Positions 45,689 through 50,500 of a DNA stretch of 50,500 nucleotides are shown one piece after another. Under the pieces are notes generated by a model. That model saw only the letters and a list, made by a program, of their open reading frames with translations. It ran no database searches and was not told the origin of the DNA. Position 1 is the first letter of the stretch; each line of letters starts with the position of its first letter. The stretch lies in the sequence record SRR20825006_1008, one strand, 5' to 3'. The translations under genes and the position numbers were made by a program.

Positions 45689-46204
45689 TTACGGCTGAAC
45701 CAAGGCCCGCACATCGGCGGCAACACGGCTGGTGAGGTCGCTGTCTACGGAGGCTATAAAATCCTCGAGCGCCTGCTGCCATTCGAAGATCTGCCTGAGG
45801 CCGAACTCATCCTCTCCCCTAAAGGAGACGTGGAATCTCACGCATATCCCACTCGGAGAAGGACCCTTTTTCGCGTAGGCGGTTCCGGGGTTGAAGCCCT
45901 CATTCATCTGATTGGCAAGTTCCAGCGTTTCCAGTCGCGAATAACCAGGCAGGTCCCGGCAGGCCGTAAAGCGGGCCGTCTGGCAGGTGCCGTCGATCTG
46001 GGAGCACTCCCGAAGCACGGCCTCGAACCCCTGTTTGTCCATCGCTGCGGACATTGTGGGGTGCGTGTCGATATACCCGATTTTGACGGACTGGAATTCG
46101 CGTATGAGGAATTCGTTGCGAAACTCGATCAGCGTAATGGGTTTCGCAAAGGCAGGCTCGCAAAACAGGAAGATTTGAGCCAGTAAGAGCAGGCGAAACA
46201 TCAT
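45689..46204 (-). CDS. Secreted YbjN-like domain protein
   Basis: Signal peptide (EPAFA); LELANQMN....G.AY and W...L..F pattern; paired Cys. Confidence 0.55.
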   Translation of the reverse strand: MMFRLLLLAQIFLFCEPAFAKPITLIEFRNEFLIREFQSVKIGYIDTHPTMSAAMDKQGFEAVLRECSQIDGTCQTARFTACRDLPGYSRLETLELANQMNEGFNPGTAYAKKGPSPSGICVRFHVSFRGEDEFGLRQIFEWQQALEDFIASVDSDLTSRVAADVRALVQP

Positions 46205-46289
46205 TGATCCATCTCGGTGCAGTGCGGGACGAGTATTCGGCTCGCAATCACGCATCAAATGGACAGTTCAGGTCAAGGAGTTGTCACAT

Positions 46290-47171
46290 ATGTCCCACGT
46301 CCACCGTCCCCGCCGATCCTGCCTCTACATGCCCGGCGCCAATGAGCGCGCCCTGGAAAAGGCGAAAACGCTACCCGCGGACACGGTCATCATGGACCTG
46401 GAAGATGCCGTGGCGCCGGAAGCCAAGGAGACCGCGCGTGATACGATCCGCGCGGCCGTGACCGCAGGGGGTTATGGCCACCGTGAAATCGTGGTCCGGA
46501 TGAACGGGCTGGATACCGAATGGGGCCAAGCCGACCTCAAGATGGCGGTTGAAGCGGGCGCACATGCGCTGCTTGCACCCAAAGTGATTGATGGCAGCGA
46601 CATTGATCGTCTCGACGACGCGATGAGCCGCGCCGGCGCCCCGGCCGAGATGGGGCTTTGGGTGATGATCGAGATGCCCAAGGCGATCCTGAACATCCAG
46701 GACATTGCCGAAGCCGTTGGCCGCACCCGTATGACGACGTTTGTGATGGGAACGAACGATCTCGCCAAGGAATACCGCGCGCGGATGACGCCGGACCGGC
46801 TGGCTTTCCAGACGGCTCTGGGCATGAGCATGGCTGCGGCCCGCGCCTACAACATCGTCGCGATTGATGGCGTCTACAATGACATCAAGAACGAGCAGGG
46901 CCTGATCGACGAGTGTGAACAGGGGCGTGACCTCGGCTTCGACGGCAAGACGCTGATCCATCCCTCGCAACTCGACACGGCCAACCGCGTCTTCGCGCCG
47001 AGCCCGCATGATGTGGAACATGCACAGGCCGTGATTGAGGCGTTCGCAGACCCTCAGAATGCCGGCAAGGGCGTATTGAAGGTAAACGGCAAGATGACCG
47101 AATTGCTCCATCTCGACGAAGCCCGCCGGACGGTCACCATGGATGAAGCCATCCGGGCTTTTGAGAGCTGA
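46290..47171 (+). CDS. CitE/HpcH-family CoA-ester lyase (malyl-CoA thioesterase Mcl2-like)
   Basis: RRSCLYMPGAN.RALEKA, DLEDAVAP, GTNDL, GFDGKTLIHPSQ. Confidence 0.85.
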   Translation: MSHVHRPRRSCLYMPGANERALEKAKTLPADTVIMDLEDAVAPEAKETARDTIRAAVTAGGYGHREIVVRMNGLDTEWGQADLKMAVEAGAHALLAPKVIDGSDIDRLDDAMSRAGAPAEMGLWVMIEMPKAILNIQDIAEAVGRTRMTTFVMGTNDLAKEYRARMTPDRLAFQTALGMSMAAARAYNIVAIDGVYNDIKNEQGLIDECEQGRDLGFDGKTLIHPSQLDTANRVFAPSPHDVEHAQAVIEAFADPQNAGKGVLKVNGKMTELLHLDEARRTVTMDEAIRAFES

Positions 47172-47224
47172 TCCTCAATGCTCTCGGGCATTCATATGGT
47201 AAACCAACACATTCAGGAATACGC

Positions 47225-47572
47225 ATGACCTACACTCTCCTTCACCATTCCGGCTGCAGCACGTCGCGCAAGGGGCTCGCCTTGTTGCAGGAGAACGGCG
47301 TCGAGCCGGAGGTCCGGAAATACATGAATGCTTCCGAGCAACTCAGCCTGGATGAGCTGAAGGACATCGCCAAAAAGATGGGTGCCAGTTCGCCGCGCGA
47401 GTTCTTACGCGACAAGAATGCTGCCGAATTCGGCATCGATGCGACTTCGACAGATGACGAGATCTTCCAGGCGATGGCCGCCAATCCAAAGATCATCCAG
47501 CGCCCCATCGGCATTGTCGGCAAGCAGGCCGTGCTGGGCCGTCCGATCGAGAAACTGCTCGAGCTGAAATAG
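47225..47572 (+). CDS. ArsC/Spx-family thioredoxin-fold protein
   Basis: H...CSTSRK, P.IIQRPI, LGRP.E. Confidence 0.85.
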   Translation: MTYTLLHHSGCSTSRKGLALLQENGVEPEVRKYMNASEQLSLDELKDIAKKMGASSPREFLRDKNAAEFGIDATSTDDEIFQAMAANPKIIQRPIGIVGKQAVLGRPIEKLLELK

Positions 47573-47595
47573 TATTACACGGCTGATATTGCGGG

Positions 47596-47621
47596 GAGAT
47601 CGATGAAATTTCATCGATCTC
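47596..47621. repeat. Perfect 26-bp palindrome GAGATCGATGAAATTTCATCGATCTC
   Basis: The sequence equals its own reverse complement; intergenic. Confidence 0.9.
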
Positions 47622-47661
47622 TCACGCGAAGATTCAATATCTGCATGGCAAGGTTGTGGGC

Positions 47662-47919
47662 ATGATCGTGTTCATGACTCTTGCGGCGGTGTTGATCGCC
47701 TTTTCTGCATTTTGCACTCTTGGGGTGCCGTACATGTTGGCGGGACCACGCATGCTCGATGAGTTCTCCGAGAACCGTGAGCAGCAAATGATGGCTGGCC
47801 TGTTGGGGGCCGCGATCATCGCACTTTTCCTGCTGCCCTTCGTCTCACCCGCCTTGATTTCCTCGCCCAGTGACGGTCAGGTGCTGGCTGATCTGTATAT
47901 GGGGCAAATCCAGGCCTGA
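47662..47919 (+). CDS. Small two-TM membrane protein
   Basis: Two hydrophobic segments; fills the gap between arsC and mch; start uncertain (47656/47662). Confidence 0.6.
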   Translation: MIVFMTLAAVLIAFSAFCTLGVPYMLAGPRMLDEFSENREQQMMAGLLGAAIIALFLLPFVSPALISSPSDGQVLADLYMGQIQA

Positions 47920-47957
47920 CGCCGGGAAGTCTTGCCCCTTTTCCACCTGAGGGGCGC

Positions 47958-49010
47958 ATGACCAGCACATCGAAATCCAATCCCGGCCATTTCTTCGAAG
48001 ATTTTTTCGTGGGCATGCCCCTCGCGCATGCGACGCCGCAGACGCTGACTGAAGGCGACATCGCCCTCTATCGCGCGCTGACCGGCGGCCGGTTTGTCCA
48101 GTATTCCTCATCTGAATTCGCCAAAGCCGCCGGCTATCCCGGCCTCACGATTGATCCGCTACACGCTTTCCATGTCGTATTCGGCAAGTCCGTGCCGGAT
48201 GTTTCGTTGAATGCGGTGGCGAACCTTGGCTATGCCGATGGTCGCTTCTCTCAACCCGTCCTGCCAGGCGATACGCTGAACACGGTTTCGGAAGTGATCG
48301 GCGTCAAAGAAAACTCCAATGGCAAGACCGGCGTCGTCTGGGTGCGCACGCGCGGCACCAATCAGCGCGGCGAAGAAGTCATGTCCTTTGTGCGCTGGGT
48401 CATGGTCAACAAGCGGGATGCCAACTCACCCGCGCCAGACGTGGTGATCCCCGACCTGCCAAAGAGTGTGCCCGGGGCCGAATTGTCCGGGTTTGCCTCC
48501 ATGGAGGCTTGGGATACATCCCTCGCCGGCAGCGAATACATGTTCGAAGACTATGCGGTTGGCGAGAAGATCAATCATGTCGACGGCATGACCGTCGAAG
48601 AGGCGGAGCACCAGATTGCGACACGCCTCTACCAGAACACCGCCAAGGTTCATTTCGATGCGCATGGCCAGAAATCCAGCCGGTTCGGCAAGCGCCTGAT
48701 CTATGGCGGTGTGGTAATTTCCATCGCGCGGTCGCTGGCCTTCAATGGTCTCGCCAATGCGGGCCATATGCTGGCGATCAATGCCGGCAGCCATGTCAGT
48801 CCGCTATTTGCTGGTGACACGATCTATGCCTGGAGCGAAGTGCTTGAGAAAGCTGAGCTGTCCGACAAGGTTGGCGCGTTGCGCTTGCGCCTCGTGGCAG
48901 TGAAGGATCAGGATCCGGGCGCGTTCGCCTATAAGGGCGAGGACGGGAAGTATGCCGATGGTGTTCTGCTCGACTTCGACTATTGGGCCGCCATTCCACG
49001 CAAGCGGTAA
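47958..49010 (+). CDS. mch: Double-MaoC dehydratase, mesaconyl-CoA hydratase-like
   Basis: NPG.FFEDF, VFGKSVPDVSLNAVANLGYA, HVDGMTVEEAEH, YQNTAKVHF. Confidence 0.8.
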   Translation: MTSTSKSNPGHFFEDFFVGMPLAHATPQTLTEGDIALYRALTGGRFVQYSSSEFAKAAGYPGLTIDPLHAFHVVFGKSVPDVSLNAVANLGYADGRFSQPVLPGDTLNTVSEVIGVKENSNGKTGVVWVRTRGTNQRGEEVMSFVRWVMVNKRDANSPAPDVVIPDLPKSVPGAELSGFASMEAWDTSLAGSEYMFEDYAVGEKINHVDGMTVEEAEHQIATRLYQNTAKVHFDAHGQKSSRFGKRLIYGGVVISIARSLAFNGLANAGHMLAINAGSHVSPLFAGDTIYAWSEVLEKAELSDKVGALRLRLVAVKDQDPGAFAYKGEDGKYADGVLLDFDYWAAIPRKR

Positions 49011-49050
49011 GGCGCTTCCGTTTCGGCGCGCGCTCCCTATATGATGCCGC

Positions 49051-49467
49051 ATGAGCGGATATGGGCCCTTTGATGATTTCACGCTGTTCGCCATCGCAAT
49101 TGCGGTGGTGCTGTCGGCAATTGTCAGCCTGATCGGCACGTCCGCTCGCAAGCGGAATGTTGCGCTTGGCGAGGCGACCGTGGCCGATCTTGCGGAGATG
49201 ACCGGTATCCGGGATCCCAAGAAGCTACAGGAAGCCTTTGGCCCGCCCGACATGGGCAGCGTCTGGCGCACGGTCACACTCTTTGATGTGCGGCGCTTCC
49301 GGCAACCTCAGGGGTGGCTGATGTCGAGCGATATCGTCGACTATGCGTGTCTGGGCATTGTGGCGCTCGCCATCTTCGTGTCGCATCCCTTTGTCGGGGC
49401 GGGGCTGGTGGCAGCGCTGGTCATCCAGGTGGCTGGATGGATTGTGTCGTTCGGGCTGCCCAAATAG
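49051..49467 (+). CDS. Hypothetical membrane protein
   Basis: Three hydrophobic segments; co-oriented between mch and dapF. Confidence 0.7.
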   Translation: MSGYGPFDDFTLFAIAIAVVLSAIVSLIGTSARKRNVALGEATVADLAEMTGIRDPKKLQEAFGPPDMGSVWRTVTLFDVRRFRQPQGWLMSSDIVDYACLGIVALAIFVSHPFVGAGLVAALVIQVAGWIVSFGLPK

Positions 49468-49531
49468 ACGCGCGAAATATCTGACGAAGTTCCGCTTTTC
49501 GGGACGGGGGAAACCCATTAAGGGCAGGCGA

Positions 49532-50341
49532 ATGAAAGTCTGGAAGATGAATGGTGCTGGCAACGCGTTTGCCATATTCGACGCCCGCTCGACTGCGTTC
49601 GTGCCGAGCACCGACCAGGTGCGCCAGATTGCCGAAGACCTAAAAGCCGATCAGATCATTGCGCTGGAGCGTGATGTCGCGCGCGACGTATTCATGCGCA
49701 TCTGGAACGCCGATGGCAGCGAAGTCTTTGCCTGTGGCAATGCCTCCCGTTGTGTAGGCAAACTGTTACTGGCTGAAACCGGCAAGGACCGGGTGTCCAT
49801 CCAGACCGAAGCGGATGTTCTGAAAGCATTTGCCGCAGAGGATGGCCAGATAACCGTCGACATGGGTTCGCCCCTGATGGGATGGGAGGACATTCCGCTT
49901 TCCGAGAAAATGGACGTTCGCGGCGTTGATGTGAAAGTCGGACCGATCGACAATCCCTGGCTCTCACGTCCGGCAGTGGTCTCGATGGGCAATCCGCACG
50001 CCGTGTTCTTCGTGAAGAATATCGATGATTACGACATTCCGGCCATCGGGCCGCTCGTTGAATGGCACCCGACCTTTCCTGAGGGGGTGAATGTCGGGTT
50101 CGCGCAGGTCATTGACCGGCAGAACATTCGCCTTCGCGTCTGGGAGCGGGGGGCCGGCCTGACCAAGGCGTGTGGCACCGGCGCGTGCGCGGCGCTCGTG
50201 TGCGCCGCCCGGGCGAAGCTCACCGACCGCCGTGCCAATCTCATCCTCGATGGCGGTACGCTGATCATCGACTGGCAGGAATCCGATGACCGGGTTTACA
50301 TGACTGGACCTGTGCAGCTGGAATTCGAGACCGAAATCTGA
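49532..50341 (+). CDS. dapF: Diaminopimelate epimerase
   Basis: KMNGAGN.F, NADGSE..ACGNASRC, MGNPH, ERGAGLT.ACGTGA. Confidence 0.96.
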   Translation: MKVWKMNGAGNAFAIFDARSTAFVPSTDQVRQIAEDLKADQIIALERDVARDVFMRIWNADGSEVFACGNASRCVGKLLLAETGKDRVSIQTEADVLKAFAAEDGQITVDMGSPLMGWEDIPLSEKMDVRGVDVKVGPIDNPWLSRPAVVSMGNPHAVFFVKNIDDYDIPAIGPLVEWHPTFPEGVNVGFAQVIDRQNIRLRVWERGAGLTKACGTGACAALVCAARAKLTDRRANLILDGGTLIIDWQESDDRVYMTGPVQLEFETEI

Positions 50342-50419
50342 ACTGGGCAAAGGAGTCATCCTGCACAGATCCCTTGATTTGCGGGGCTGACGGCGCGATG
50401 TCCGCTGCAACACATCGCG

Positions 50420-50500
50420 ATGACTGAGACCAAATCCCCTTCCAGCCCGCAGCTGATCACGCTCGGATGCCGCCTGAACACCTATGAATCCGAGGTGATG
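50420..50500 (+). CDS. mtaB: tRNA methylthiotransferase MtaB, 5' fragment truncated by the window edge
   Basis: MTETKSPSSPQLITLGCRLNTYESEVM; TxGCRLNxYESE motif and dapF-mtaB synteny. Confidence 0.8.
   Translation, partial: MTETKSPSSPQLITLGCRLNTYESEVM

Noticed and set aside
1-50500. Prophage, IS element, integron or defence island
   Set aside because: No integrase, transposase, phage, cas or recognisable defence genes seen; accessory genes occur as single insertions among core genes.

Overview
Gene-dense, GC-rich core-chromosome segment of an alphaproteobacterium, most likely Hyphomonadaceae/Caulobacterales. The taxonomy is inferred from gene content (trcR/DUF1013, DUF1192, rcdA, long-tailed S16/L19, mch, dapF-mtaB). 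About 60 CDS are present, including ppa, hsp20, gpmA, ffh-chorismate mutase-rpsP-rimM-trmD-rplS, leuC-cysK-leuD-leuB-asd, rarD, an mcl2-like lyase, mch, dapF and the start of mtaB. I saw no tRNA, rRNA, CRISPR array, integrase or transposase. The most interesting signals are non-coding or small. (1) A self-contained ~65-nt candidate sRNA gene between rarD and lysE has a perfect sigma54 (-24/-12) promoter, a 5' GNRA hairpin, an unpaired core and an intrinsic terminator. (2) Two paralogous secreted beta/gamma-crystallin genes flank rimM and share an identically spaced upstream motif, GAGGCTGAAT-N26-GTTCAG. (3) A 59-aa gene is absent from the supplied ORF track. (4) A LysR/lipoprotein cassette is bounded by a degenerate direct repeat. 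(5) The hsp20 gene has a sigma32 promoter plus a ROSE-like thermometer leader. (6) A stand-alone RibD-like deaminase follows gpmA. All product calls come from motif and family recognition by eye; no searches were run.
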